A stretch of DNA of 63,509 nucleotides, filler included, from Guillardia theta CCMP2712 (lineage: Eukaryota; Protista; Cryptophyta): assembly GCF_000315625.1 (NCBI RefSeq). It is 5 parts of 5 records of this genome, joined end to end, with 100 filler letters (N's around TTAATTAATTAA, not from the genome) between each part and the next. Parts side by side here need not be neighbours in the genome. Positions count along the whole stretch, not along the records: positions 1 to 23,824 come from NW_005434598.1; positions 23,925 to 48,821 come from NW_005434455.1; 3 more parts are not named here. One strand, written 5' to 3'. Below, piece after piece: positions 13,097-26,434 of the stretch. The notes beneath the pieces are model-generated. The model was given only the letters and a program-made list of their open reading frames with translations. It did not search any database and was not told where the DNA came from. Position numbers and translations under genes: made by a program. Within the stretch, counting starts at the first letter, position 1, and each line of letters begins with the position of its first letter.

Positions 13097-13402
13097 GCCG
13101 CCTTCGAAGAGCCGTGCCACCCCCACCCACCTTTGATACCTTCATGACCCCACCCTTGTCTAGGATCAGCATACCCCCCACATTACCCTGTTACTACCCC
13201 TCTAATTTCGGGGTACATTGTCCCCCACCAGGGACCACCACCCCCACCATCAGGCACTCCCATCGTGGGGTGGTCTTTGTCATGATTCTGGTTACCACCC
13301 TACCCATTGTTTGTAGTCAAAACTTGGTAGCTCCTAGGGGTACTTTCGAAACTCTGGTCTACCATCATCCAGCTCAAGTTCTGAAATGTAGGCAATGGTC
13401 GC

Positions 13403-16400
13403 ATGACGCAGGGAAGACGCAATGTAGCTCATGTTGATGCCCCTGCTCCTGCTCCTCTATGCTCCGCTTCTTCACTTCCCGGTTCATGGTCGTCTTGTCT
13501 CACTGAGCTCCATCACGACACATTCTCTTGCCTTCATCACGGCATCCTCGCCTGCCTGCTTCTTGTCTCTACTTTCCTCCTGTACTCCCTGCGTTCCAAC
13601 CCTTGCAGACGGTCAAAGGTTGGCTGCAAACTGCGGTCGGCATTGACTATCCTATGCCTCTTCCGGCCGCACGTTGCTGCTTGTGGGCTCAATGCGCTAG
13701 TCAGGCTCACCGTCATTCTCCCAACGTTGAGAGCGGCGCATGCAGAGCGAGGGAAGGGCTTGCGCTTGACGGAGATTGTGGGAGGAAGTAACGATGGGCT
13801 TAAGAGGCGAAAGCAGGCGAAGTTGGGCGTGAGGGAACTAACGAGCATGAAGGAGGCATGTCGAAGTGCACAGGGAGGGAAGGCGTGTACCGCAGTCGCA
13901 TGGCTGAAGCAACACATCGATCAACACCCGAATGCAGTCGACGCTCTGAACAACTTGGGGGTGATCTACTCATCGGTCAGGGAAGGAGCGTTATGGATGA
14001 AGGCACAGCACTTCTTCGAACGAGCGCTGGCAGTTGACGCGTCCAGCCCTGCTGTCCTCTACAACTACGCGCTCTTGCACGGCATGATGCCGCACAATCA
14101 TCCGCACAACATGAAGTGCAAGGCCAGGCAGCTTCTCGCCTCCGTCAGACGTCTCATGCCAACCTCGATTCACGTGAAGCGAAATGAAGTAAGGTGGGTC
14201 GACGCCGGGAGCACTTTTGATCCCCGCGGGTGGGACCAGGAGGATGAGCAGAGGCGGTTGAAGGTCTTGGAGCAAGGAGGCCTTGTGCTGCTGGTGATGA
14301 CTCGCCAGAGGATCTGCGGTAGAGGCAGGGCAAGTACTGACGTCAGTAACTCAATCTTCCTAGCAGCTGATCTTAGCTAATCCATATCGCAGGTGCCAGC
14401 TGTCGGGTCGGATCAGGTTGAGCTGGTAGAAGCTTGGTCTCGTGCTCTTGACTTGAGTCTTCGAGAAGCCTCGCTGCTGCTCCTCTCGTCCGAGGAGTTC
14501 GCGGGTCTCATCACTGACCGTCGCAGATCAGCAGCGATCGCAAGGGAGCCCCTCGCTGAGGTTGTGCAGGGCGAGCCAGAGATTTCCCTCCTCTCTCCGC
14601 GTTGCCTCCGGGATCATGTCAACTGTTCCGTCAATTTCGCAACGTCAGAGGAGGTGAAGACCTGCAGCTCGACTGCGAGTGAGCTGAAGCTCCGGCTGTC
14701 TACCGCCCTCTCCGTTTCCCCTCATCGCCTCCTCCTCGAGTGCCTCGCCTGTGCCCGCATGAACCTGAGAGATGGCGACTGCATCCTCTCGGGCGAGCAC
14801 CTTCCTTGCTCCTCGACTCCCCAGCTCGATCCGTCCTGCTCTGCCCTCGGTCAAGACATTGTTGATGAGTTTCGTTGCATCTCCAGAGGCCTTCGCGTCC
14901 ACGTGCTCAAGCAGGTAACAGGCGTCCTCGCGTGGGGAAAGGTGCCTGGAGGAGCGAGGAGCGAGAAGCAAGACAGACTCATCCCTCGGGTCCTCAATGC
15001 GCTGTCGATGTCTGTTGGTGCCTTCCCCGAGGACCTCTTCTTTCCTTCCCGCGTCGTGTCTCTCCTCTCTGCCGGTGATTCGCATGTGCTCGCGGTCGCA
15101 GGTGACAGATTGTGGGGCTGGGGAGCGAATCGTCACCATGAGGCGCATCCCAGCACCAGGACCAGTCTCCGCATGCCAACCGCCTGGGGGGAGGAGACGC
15201 GTCTGCCGGCCTCATGGAAGAACCTCTTTGATGCCTGCGACTTCCTGTCTGCGTCACATCCAGCTGGGGTGAAGCAGGTCATCGCTGGGGGCGAGCACAG
15301 CCTCTTGCTCTTCAGCAACGGCTCCGTCCTCGCGTGGGGAAGCAATTCCGACGGTCAACTAGGGCTGCCCCCCTCCTGCTCCGATGCTGCTGGGCACCTC
15401 TTGCAAGGGCTGCCTGCCATCGTGTCGGTCGCTGCCGGGCATCGTCACTCGCTCGCTCTCACTGCTGACGGGTCGGTGTACGCGTGGGGAGCCAACGTGC
15501 CCGGGCAGCTGGGAGACGGGTCCCTAGAGTCCACCTGGAGGCCCACCTGCGTGCTCAGCTCCCGAGGAAGTGAGCGAGTCGTGCGCGTTGCGGCAGGGCG
15601 GGCGCACAGCATGGCGCTGCTGAGCAACGGGACGGTGATGGCCTGGGGATGGGATGCTTTCGGGCAGCTGGGCCAGGAGGAGCCGCAAGGCGCTGCTCTA
15701 CGACCTCGTGCTGTCGCGCTGCCGCAGGGAGTTCGAGTCTGCCAGATCGCAGCTGGAGGCGTGCACTCGCTGGCGTTGGACGAGAAGGGGCAGGTGTGGG
15801 GATGGGGAGGAAACGGCTGCGGGCAGGTGGGGGAGGGGAGGGTCTCCTACAGCTCTCGACCGGTGGTGGTGCTGGAGGAGGCGAGCAGCATCGCAGCTGG
15901 AGCTTCTCATTCTCTCGCGGTTGCTCGAGGAGGGCTCTATGGATGGGGCAGCAACGCAAACGGAGAGCTGGGGGATGGTACGCGAGAGTCTCGCCCCTCC
16001 CCCACCCGCTCCTCTCTCTCCGACGTCCGCGTCCTCGACGTCACAGCAGGTCGTTGTTGCTCCTTCGCGCGAGTTTCTCCAGCAGCGAAGGAAGAGTCAT
16101 CGGTAGCACCCGCTTGGGCTTTTCCTCCCCGAGACAACAACAACGCAACGATCCTCCTCGCGCAACTCCATCCGAACAAGCGCTGCTCGCGCGTCCTGGC
16201 CATGCATGACCTCTCGTGTGTTGCTGCTGTGGCGATAGGAAGCGACGACGATGCAAGGAGATGCGTTGTCACTTCCTCGAGAAAGCCGCTGCGCATGTTT
16301 GCTCAGCTGGCGTACGGCAGGGGGCGGGACAAGGGTTCGAGCTTCTACCTCAAGTCTCACGAGCGCGGCGGCTGCCTGGTCAACGAGCGGCTGGCGACTC

Positions 16401-16642
16401 GAGGCAGCTGGACCAGAGTCGAGGAGGGTGACGAGCTGCGCGTCGGCCACAACATGACGCATAGCGGCATCTTCCGCTTCACCTTGAAGTCACTGGAGGG
16501 CCCGCGCAACGTCACCGTCCTGCCGGCTCGGGGCGAGTCACTTGATGACTGGCAAATGATTCAGCATGATGCGGCTAATGCCGCAATCACCGTCACTGGC
16601 GCGGCCCCCGGCCTGTCCGACCGTCACCGTCGGTCACAATGA
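13403..16642 (+). CDS. TPR + RCC1-repeat protein with possible C-terminal FHA-like domain
   Basis: TPR-like ALNNLGVIY...FFERALAVDASSPAVLYNYA. Several RCC1 repeats (IAGGEHSL...AWGSNSDGQLG; AAGHRHSLALTADGSVYAWG). C-terminal GCLVNE...VEEGDELRVG...FRF. Confidence 0.85.
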
Positions 16643-16960
16643 TTGAGTACGGTAGCTGATCGTGACTACTAGGATGATAACTGAGAGTCACTGTGTTTTG
16701 AGCGGCGGCACGTACATGGCAAAGCCTGTGGCCCATACAGCTGAGCCTAATCAATAATATCATCCGATTCAATCACTCCGCGGCCCTTGACTGAGTGATC
16801 AGACAAGCCGGTGAGCAGCAAAACTCCGAATGATCATGGCCGCAGTTGACTCGGCCCGGCCCGGCGGCCCCCGCCGGGCCGAGTCCGACCGATCGGACAG
16901 TCACTGGGCGCCGCGTGACCCCGTGACCGAGATAACTAAAGTCGCGATGATGGTTGCGGT
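16590..16960. repeat. GC/CpG-rich intergenic block with GAGTCAC/ACTGAG motifs
   Basis: Same sequence vocabulary at 20410-20760, 41230-42260 and 60810-61020. Confidence 0.5.
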
Positions 16961-17296
16961 GCTGACCAGCTAAAACACTAATAGCCGAAAAGCCTCTAGC
17001 TAGAGTCAAAGGATGGAACAAGAGTTTTTTCAGTAAAGTTAGGTCTCTGACTCCGAAATATCGCTTGTTTAATTGGAATATACAGATAAAATTCCAAATA
17101 CGCTTCAAATTTTCAAGGTTACACAAAGTAAATCAGGATGTCTATGACCGCTTTTTTTTAGAGAGACTAGTGAAAGTATCACTTAATTTTGGAAGACAGC
17201 AAGAGAGTGTAACGTGCTCGGATTGCTGTCTTTTTCTTCTGCTACCTCCACGATCCTGGTCTTGGCGCAGTCAGGTCGCGTGTGTCAACAAGCTTG

Positions 17297-20200
17297 ATGC
17301 CCTGCCTTGATCGCTTCAGCGTCGCAGCGGCCACCATCGAGTCAAGACTGGCTGATGGCTTCGGATACGTCGGCATGTGCGTAGGAAGCTACCCGTTCCG
17401 ATCCATCTTGCTCGCTCTTGTCATGTGCGCTTCGCTTGTTCCTGGGATTACCATGATCAAGTCTGAAAGTGCAGCACAGAAGTTGTATGCCCCTGCCCGA
17501 TGGAACAGAGCAAGGGATGAGAGAGAGTTGTATAGTGCTATTTTCGGCAACCAAGACATTGAAAAGCGCACTAGGTGAGAGTAGGGAATCATGGAATTTT
17601 GCGAGATTCTGATATGTTTTACAGCTCTCTGCTGGCCTATACCAGCAATGATGCACAGAACCTTCTTGATGCAGAAGTTATCAATAGCTTGAGAAGTATC
17701 CATGAAGGCATTATCAAGATGGAATCGGTGATTGCCACTGGTGATAAGAAGATTTCTTTTACCTTCAAAGATATTTGCAAACGATCAGGCAGTATAGGCT
17801 ACGAGAGCAACTGTTCTTTTATCGGAGTTGTAGACCTGAGCCAAGAGGAGATCAAACGAATTCCCGCAAGCTTTTACAACAACCCTAGATTTGGATACAT
17901 CCCAGTGGCCACGTTTCTGGGGGGCCGTGTGGAATCAGAAAACTCTTTTGTCAAGTCAGCAGCTGGTTTGTTGCTCCAGTACTCGATAGCGGAAACGACA
18001 GACAAGTCGATGATGGCTAGGTGGGAAGAAGACTTTCTCAAGCATGTCCAAACTGTCGCCAAGGAGCAAGGGCCATCATTACCTTTCAAGCTGGCATACG
18101 AGATTGAAAAGTCAGAGGAAGAGGAACTCTCGAAGAGCACAAGCAGCGACATCAAGTTGCTCATTGTTTCGTTTGTTGCGGTGATGGCCTTTACTTTCAT
18201 CGTCATGCATTCTTTCATGGACAAGGTGGCATCGAAAGCATTCTTGAGTTTTGCTGCTTGCGGGGCGATTGGCATGGCGATTGGCAGCTCGTTTGGTCTG
18301 ATGGGGTATAGTCAAGTGAAATTCAATCCTGTCGTTGCCTTCGTTACTTTCTTGCTCTTGGGTCTCGGAGTCGACGACTCCTTTGTGATGGTGCAGGCAT
18401 ATCACTACACTGCAGAGAAGTTGAGCAAGGACGCTACAGTGAAACAACGGATGGAGCTCGCCTTCAGGACCGCTGGAGTCTCGATGTTCTTCACTTCCCT
18501 CACCGACTTCCTCGCCTTCGCCGTGGGCGCAACCAGCAACTTCCTAGCAGTGCAAGGGTTCTGCGCGTATGCAGCAGCTGGTGTGGCGTTCATGTTCGTG
18601 TATCAGCTGCTCTTCGTCGGAGCCTTAATGGCTCTTGACTCGCACAGAGAGTACTCGCAGGTAGCATGGTATTGGTCCGTCGTCGGGAGGGGATACCTCT
18701 GGCCCAACTTGTACAAGAGCGACGAGACTCCGAGCAACACCAACTACGTGACAGCCGACGGGCATTGCCGCTCCCAGCCAGAGACTGAGCTCCTAAAGAG
18801 AGTCGCAAGAGCGTATGGCCGCATGCTTCTTGAACCGGTTGTTTCCGCCTCTATCTTGATCCTTTTCGCCGGGTACCTCGCCGTTGCCGTTTACGGAGCT
18901 GCCAATGTTGGCACTGGACTTGACGTCCGTGACCTGGCAGCATCTGACTCGTACTGGACGATCTTCATCTCAGAAAGGTTCAGACTCTTCAACGACTATG
19001 GCCCTCTCTACCTGATCGCCTTTCCTTCTGCTGTGACCGACATGTCGTTGCCTGGAGAGCGGGTGAAGTTCCTCGAGACTGCGAAGAAGATAGAAGAGGA
19101 CGCGTGCTTCACGCCAGTGCCTCAGGGTGTTTGGTTGAGGGACTTCCAAGAGTTTGTGAGGAAGGGAGGAGGAGACGAAACGCTTCAAGGGGACGCGTTC
19201 TACTCGTCTCTTAGCACATGGCTTCAAGGGAACGGGAAGGACTACCTCAAAGACATGATCGTTGAGCTCAAGGACGGCAAGGTTTCTTCCATCAAGGCAT
19301 TTCGTATCAAGGTCAGGCAGATTCCCGGCACCACAACGAGCGGGGACAAGGTCGGTGTGCCCTGCATGAAGAAAGTCAGAAAAATCTTGGACGAGGCATT
19401 TCCTCCCAACAAGGATGTAAGGCCGCTCACCATCAATGATAGAGACTCGTTGGTGTTTTGGGAAGGATCAGCTATCATTGTCGAGCAGACAGTGTTGAAC
19501 CTTATCTATGCGGTGAGCCAAAGCGAGATGCATTATAATGTCTCGGATGACGTTGAGAGTACAGGCTGCAGCTTGTTTTGTCGTGACGGTCATCATCATC
19601 CCGCACCCGGTGACTTCACGTGACAGCAAGCCTCTCGTCGCTCTGACACATGCACCAGGTTCTTTGCTTCCTCGCTATGATCGTCGTGGGGATGATCCTG
19701 GTGGGCCCTGCTAGAGGAGCGTTGCTGATAGAGCCATGACATTCAAGGATGACCGCCAGGTGGGACGCTGGCGAGCATGTCTCTGGTGTCAAATATGAGG
19801 ATTGAAACCATCTCCATGATCGATCTCGTAAGCCTCTCGTGTTTGCCTGCTGCCTTGTGAGCGCATCCCAGGTGTTGGGCATCGGCTTCTCCATCGATAA
19901 CGTCGCTCACTACGTGCATGCCTTCATGAGCAGTCAGGCTGTGGTGCACAGCGAGGACGGGCGGGTGCTGAGCTTGGCGACGAGGAAGGCGAAGGTAGGA
20001 GAGGTGGCAAGAGGACCAGCTGACGAGGAGCTCAGGCGATCGATGCGTTAGAACGAATAGGTCTCCCCATCCTCGCGGGAGACATCTCGACCATGATTGC
20101 CCTCCTGGCTCTTCTCGGTTCAAAGAGCAGAATCTTCTTCTCCTTCTTCTGCGTAACAAGTTCTCCTCCGCGTGCTCGTCCTCTGACAGCCGGTTGGCAG

Positions 20201-20410
20201 ATCCTCTTTGCGGTGCTGCTGCTGGGATGTCTCCATGCGGTGGTTCTCCTCCCTGTCGTTCTCGGATACTTCGGGCCCTTGATCGTTTTGCACGAGGCCC
20301 CTCAGGCTGGCCAAGACGATCCCGTGGGAGCTCTTGATGAGAAGGACGAGCAGCTCCCCAGCAACTTCAACGTAGCAGTGGTGACAGTGAACGGTAGTAG
20401 CAGCCAATGA
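17297..20410 (+). CDS. Patched/NPC1-like sterol-sensing RND membrane protein
   Basis: FLLLGLGVDDSFVM (GxxxDD), GVSMFFTSLTDFLAFAVGA, second-half IGFSIDNVAHY, GCLHAVVLLPV; many transmembrane segments; several introns. Confidence 0.92.
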
Positions 20411-21605
20411 TCAGTCCGACGGTCATCATGAGTACCGCACCGTCAGAGTCACTGAGTCGGAATCAGTGACTGGCACCGGGGCCCGGCGCCGCCCCGGGCC
20501 CGGCTGCCTTCACTGTCAAGCCTGGTACGGTACCGTAGTACTACGGTAGTGGAGTCCCGGCGAGTGCGGCCCGGCGTAGCAAGCGGCTGATGTGAACCGT
20601 GGCCGACTCTGATATGTACTAGTAGAATTAAACTTGAAAATTTTAACTTCAGACACCGGCACTCTAGTGACACTGGCCGGGCCGCAGCCTAGTCACTGAG
20701 TGCCGGGCAGTCACCCCGGCGGTCGCCGCGAGTGGCCCGCCGCCGCCGGGATCCGATCATGCCACAGTTGCAATCCTGTGATAATTAGTTATTTTGTTTT
20801 TAAATTAAATTCACAGGGAAATAACTTACGATCTCAACTGGAAGCAAATTGGAGATCCACAAACCCTACCCCAACACCCTCTTGTTTTCATACCCTACCC
20901 ATCAACTTGCGGTTCTCGTGCCTAGTATACCCCCCTTTTTATAGTTTCTTTACCCCCTATTATAACTAGAGGGTCATAGTGACACCCCACCAATTGCTTT
21001 CAATCTCCACCCTCACCCCCTCATTCGACCTCAATTTATATCACATTGCTGGACCCCTTCCTCAATCACCCTGCAACTATCTGACACTACCCCTACCCTA
21101 CCTCAAAGAAGACACCCCCCTCTCTGAACCCAGGTGTTGCAAATACCATCGCTATTGGAAGACTACCACAATATATGTTGTGTATCAGACCGGTACTTCA
21201 CCAACAAATTTACTACCCCTGCCGACATTTTGCAGAGCTGCAGGACCCCTACCTCCTTTATCTCTATCCTGGCAACCCTCTACCCCACCCTTTTCACCTA
21301 CCCCCACCTGACAGGTTCGTGTTTCGCCTTCCCCAACCAGTTTTCCCCCAACCAACATCGCAATGTCCTCCTGCCGCATCTTTCGAGCGGCATGCCGGTC
21401 TACCCGCCCTCCCCTCCATCCCCATCCTCCTCCTCCTCTTCGTCCTCCCCTGCGTCCTCCTTTCAACCATTCACTCAGCCCTCCTCTGCTTCCCCACTAT
21501 CACAAACCTTTCCTACCGTCTGCTCCTCCTCCCCTTCAGAACCATATCAGTTCCCCTGAATTTTCATCGTTAACGGGTCGTCATATTCCTCTCTCACAAG
21601 TGTCT

Positions 21606-22061
21606 ATGAGAAGCTTGTTCACCATGTCGTCGTCCTGCTCTGGAAGCTTCAGCTTATGCTCTGCTTCCCGTGCTCATCTGCCATTTTCTGCACGCAATTC
21701 TCGACGTTTCTCAATGAGGAATGGAGAGGACTTGCGGCATTTTGCGGTCTTCAAGGGAAAACGAGGAGTCGTGGAATGCAACGAGTTGTTCTTGCTCAGA
21801 GCAGGAGAATCTGCTGCCAGCATATCAGAATCGTTGGCTCAAACCCCGGGGGCGGCTGAGTCCATATTTCAAGCTGTGTCTCGACCGGACCCTCTGGGAG
21901 TTGAGCTGGAGCCTGTGCTGATGGACGTGCCTTCAGAAACCCCTCTCCTCGCTCAGAAGATGGCAGCCAAGGCATCGCGATCGCCCGCCCTGAGCGGAGG
22001 CAACGTCATCGAGGTCAACGGGATGAGGGTGTTTCTGGTAAGCCAAGACCAGATGTCCTAG
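21606..22061 (+). CDS. Hypothetical protein
   Basis: Protein-like ORF portion MRSLFTMSS...RVFLVSQDQMS; no recognisable domain. Confidence 0.35.
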   Translation: MRSLFTMSSSCSGSFSLCSASRAHLPFSARNSRRFSMRNGEDLRHFAVFKGKRGVVECNELFLLRAGESAASISESLAQTPGAAESIFQAVSRPDPLGVELEPVLMDVPSETPLLAQKMAAKASRSPALSGGNVIEVNGMRVFLVSQDQMS

Positions 22062-22124
22062 AGCTCGACGTCTTGTTGCCTTGTACTTTAGCACTTTCAT
22101 TCTCCCTCCTCTTCTCTTAGATAA

Positions 22125-22622
22125 TCAACTCCTCCTTCTCTCCTCGCAGTCTCTATTCGGTGCTCTGCTTGGCTTCAGTGTCGGTTTGCGCCCTGCCTGG
22201 AGGACACGTCGAGTCCCCGCAGGAAGGCTGCATGCTTTTGGCGTTTGAGGCGCACCTGGAGCAGGAGTGAGCGTTGAGCGAGTAAAAGCAGCATCACTTG
22301 ATAGCCCTTGAGCCCCAGCAGCCCAGCTGCCATCCCTGCTGCGAAGCAAACTGTCGGCAAAGTCATCCCTCCCACCTGCGATCCTCGGCCTCCTCTTCCT
22401 CGAGCTCCACCCTTACGCTACCTGCTAGGACACTGAGCAGTGACCGGCTGATGACTTTGGATGGCGTGTAGACCTGTCAGCTGTCGTCACCTCCTCTCCT
22501 CTCTCGACGTCTCCCTGTTGCCTTGTCGCCGGGGCTGTTCGCAGCCGTCAAACATGGTGCGCCGGCGACTGAAAAGCATCTGGAGTAGGTTCACCCAAGA
22601 CCACCACCACCTCCTCCTGAGC

Positions 22623-22676
<54 letters not shown>

Positions 22677-23582
22677 CTTGTACCACTCCTCCTCCTCCTT
22701 CCTCCCCCTTCTCGTACTACCACGCCTCTCCTCTCCTCTTATTCCTCAACCTGGTGGTAATAGGAGTGTAGGAGGCACCGCAAACTCCAGGGCTCGAGCT
22801 GCTTGTGCCGATGCCTGCCGTCGCGTCACTGCCTTCTCAACCTGCTCGCCAATCACTTTGTTCGATCTCGATGGTCCAGTTGACCCTCCCCTGCCACGAG
22901 TCACCGCCGGCCTCCTCGCAGCGACGCGTCACCTGCAGCTCGCAGTGTCCGATGGCGATGAAGTTCTGAACATCCTGTCTGCTTTCACCCTCCTGCTCCT
23001 CGCCAGCTCTCGCTCACCTGAGACTCGCCGTTGAAGACGCGAAAGCTTTCCTGCACCCGGCAGCGAGTTTGATTGGCAGCTGCAGGCAGGTGAACCAGAA
23101 GACGAGGAGGCAGGAGAAGAGGAGAAGATGGAGTGGAGAGAGTTTAGGAGGTGGAGGAGGGGAGGAGGAGGAGGAGAGACGGTGAGATGGTGGTGATTGT
23201 GAATGAGAAGGAGGAGGAGGACCGATTGAAATCAGGTTTGAAGCTGTGCATCTTGTCTCCCGCACGTAGTCAGCTACCTTGCCCTGCACATCAGATGAGC
23301 GGGGGGAACGAGCGAGGGCAGAGGACCGAGCAACGATAGCCGCTCAAGAAATCTTGCATGTTGTCCTCGGACGAATCTGCAACGAGTCAGGAGAGGAGGG
23401 AAGAGGGAGAGGGGGGAATGGAGGGAGAGCGATTTAGAGGCAGTACGCGTGATGTTTGTGGAGTCCGGTATGTAGAAAGCTCGATCGTAGGCGCCATATA
23501 CGAAGATCTGCCATGACTCATGAAGCGAAGCGAAGGAGACGAGAACCTTGGGGAGCGGCAAGTCGAGGAGGGAGAGGTTCAT
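22125..23582 (-). CDS. Hypothetical multi-exon gene
   Basis: Protein-like exon fragments (IFVYGAYDRAFYIPDS; QGKVADYVRETRC) separated by pyrimidine-rich intron-like tracts. Confidence 0.3.
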
Positions 23583-23924
23583 GGAGGGTGAGCATTGGCT
23601 GAGATCGGTACAAGGAAAGGTGAAGTCAAACGAAACTTTGATGGTACCGCCTGTTTGCTAGCAGCAGAGAGTCAGGTAGGGAGTGAGAAGGAGGGGGGGG
23701 GAAGGGGAGAGGAGGAGGGAGAGAGGGGGGGGAGAGGATGGGAGATGGGTCGGGGGGTCAGAGAGGGCGGAGAGGAATGGAAGAAGAAGGTGAGGAGTGG
23801 GGAGGTACAGATTTCCAGCAGATCNNNNNNNNNNNNNNNNNNNNNNNNNNNNNNNNNNNNNNNNNNNNTTAATTAATTAANNNNNNNNNNNNNNNNNNNN
23901 NNNNNNNNNNNNNNNNNNNNNNNN

Positions 23925-24960
23925 AAGTTGAGTCTTGAGACGGCGCTTAAGGCTCTTCTTCAGCTGCGAGAGATCAGGGTGTTGATGCCAGGAGGGGATG
24001 TAAACTTTCGACTCGCGAGGTTGAATCTCTAGCTTCAGATCAGCCAACATGTACTTCTTCATAGCGGACGTAGCTGCAACGGCATCCTCGAGTGGACCGA
24101 CAAGCACGACGTTGTCAGCATAGGCCAAGACTCGAACAGAGGGAAAAAGCTCTGCGATATGGAGGAGCAGGGGCAACTTGAACTGTCAGCAGACCCGGCA
24201 CCGCCAGCCTACGCGCAGACAAGCAGGGCCCAGGCCCGGAGGGTCAAGCAACAGTCGCTAGGAGGTTTAACAAGGAGCACTGAGGAGCATGGGAACGTCC
24301 GAGATGAAACCCCCTTAGACGCGATACCCGGAGGCATCCGACTGACCGCTGTCAGCTGAGACGTCCGCCGCTGCCACAAAGCTTTGAAGCTGGCGGTTGC
24401 GGCCCCCGGACGGAGAAACAGCAGCCGCCAAGCAAGGAGCCGGCCGCTGCCGCCCGGGGGGCCGCCGGGGGCAGCTGAGCGGACAGAGGGAGGCTGGGCA
24501 CAGGAGCACGGTACCGCTCGAGGTGACGCATCCAGTCCTCCTCGCTAGCCTCCGAGTCAGCGGTAGCCGAGACCAACACCGCCCGTGACGGCCGGCAGTG
24601 ACGCCGCATCAATGCCCAAGGACCGGGGCTGTGCGGCATCGGAGGCAGGCGAGCTCGGACCAGCAGCAAGCCCCCCAGTGGTGTCGAGCTCTCCGGAGGC
24701 ATCCGACGTCACAGTGGGCGCGTCGGCTCCACTCTGGATGTTTCCCCCATCGGAGTCGGAGACCTCCGGCGAAGACTCCTCGGGCGACTCGACAAAGTCC
24801 GAGGAGGAGCTGTCCTCTGGCTCGAGAAGTGCTTGCACCCGAAAGGGCGTCATGCGCCTCGCACCAGACAAGAGCGCTTCCAGCGTCAGCTGCATGGTGA
24901 GGCGCTGATAGGTGGCGGCGCGTTTGCGAGCCAAGACCTCAGCCTAGTATTGACTACTAG
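23925..24960 (-). mobile_element. Non-LTR retrotransposon remnant (RT domains 5-7 plus upstream Ser/Glu-rich ORF)
   Basis: VRVLAYADNVVLVGP...LKLEIQPRESKVY at 23925-24176. Intronless GC-rich ORF upstream; RT domains 1-4 absent; truncated by a gap. Confidence 0.7.
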
Positions 24961-25365
24961 TAGTTGGAACGTTATGACAGAGCGACAAACCGTGACAACT
25001 TGAACAAACCGCTTCCTCTACCGAGGATGGTGGAGGGACTGCGCCTGAGTGGCTTATTGCCCAATATGAGCCTGGTAACAATCTGAGCGAAGAGAGCGGG
25101 TGTGCTTTGTAGAGGCCTACACTCGTAGCCAGGCTAGTTGGAAGTCAGCAAGAACTTCTGAACTGATTCCAAAGAGGAATGGAAGACAGATAGCTCCACG
25201 TGTCAGGTCTCTTTCTCTACCTCTCCTTCCCATCAGTGAGCATCTTGGCAGCTGGCTTAAATTTGGAAAGTTTCAAACATTACCATCTGCTTCACTAGCT
25301 TGAATTCATCAGCCAATCGCAGTTTGTATTTCCATTTGCAGCCCACGCGATCCCCTCAACGATCC

Positions 25366-26096
25366 TCAAGGCTGACTTTCGGTATCTTCTCTCATATGCT
25401 CTTCCTGTTCAACTTTTTTCAGCTGCCCGAAACGAAAGCCCTCAACTCACCTTCTTATCCGCCTCCTCCTGCATCTCCTGCTTCAAGTTGTTGAGCATCA
25501 TGTCGGGGTTCCAGTTCCCCTCCTTGACTCGCAGCTGTTTCAAGGGAAGGAGGCGTTCGTAGAGGAGGCTCAGGTCTATGCCGTTGACCTGAGAGGGAGG
25601 AAGGCTCCCGTAATCGTCTTTGAACGACGTCGGCAGAGCTTCGCCCCCGACCACTCCAGGCTCCGCCACCACAGTCGACAGGTCGTCCTCGTGCTCCCCT
25701 TCTAGGTCGGGGATGATCTAACAGGCAGCGTGAGCGTGTGAGTCCTCTGCCTCCAAGTTACCAAGATGTCGTCGTCGTCATTAGATGCTGCGATGTTGTT
25801 GTTCACTTCCGTTGCCTGCGTGTCATCTCCTCGTCGTCGACCGGCAGGAGGAGCAGACTCGTTTGACGCGGACCATCCAGATTGTTTCGGCAGCACTTGA
25901 GAGCTGGAGGCTTGCTGCTCCGACTGGTTCTCTCCCTCCTGCAAAGGATGACGATTGTCGTTAGAGCAGTGAGGATGGAGTAAAATTGTATCAAGAGAAC
26001 CACCTGTGCTTGCCTCCTTCTTCGCGGCGGAGGCTTGGGAACATTTTTCTCCCGAAGTGCTCCATCGAAATCTCCACTTTCTTCCATGAATGACAT
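25366..26096 (-). CDS. IFT43: Intraflagellar transport protein 43 homolog
   Basis: Spliced product has PPPRRRRQ, SGW, DDDIL|IIPDLEGEHEDDLSTVVAEP and GIDLSLLYERLLPLKQLRVKEGNWNPD, matching the IFT43 IPDLE and IDLxLL...W.D motifs; three GT-AG introns. Confidence 0.8.
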
Positions 26097-26329
26097 AGTC
26101 TCGATGAACGAAGGACTCAAACCCCTCCAATTTTTGGCAGGCAAACTACTTTCCGGCTGATCCACTAAAAACAAATTATGATGTGAAGTTAGACAGTATC
26201 GAGAAACGATCTTGATAATGATATATCAAACAGCAATGTGCTTCAATGTTCCTCCTATTCCCATCAACCCACCTCATGTTGCCTCGTCTCGAAACCAATC
26301 CTGTCTCTCCCTACCTACCTGCCTGCCTG

Positions 26330-26434
<105 letters not shown>

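Noticed and set aside
23825-23924. TTAATTAATTAA between N runs (also ~48866, ~58223, ~62141)
   Set aside because: Assembly gap linker, not biological
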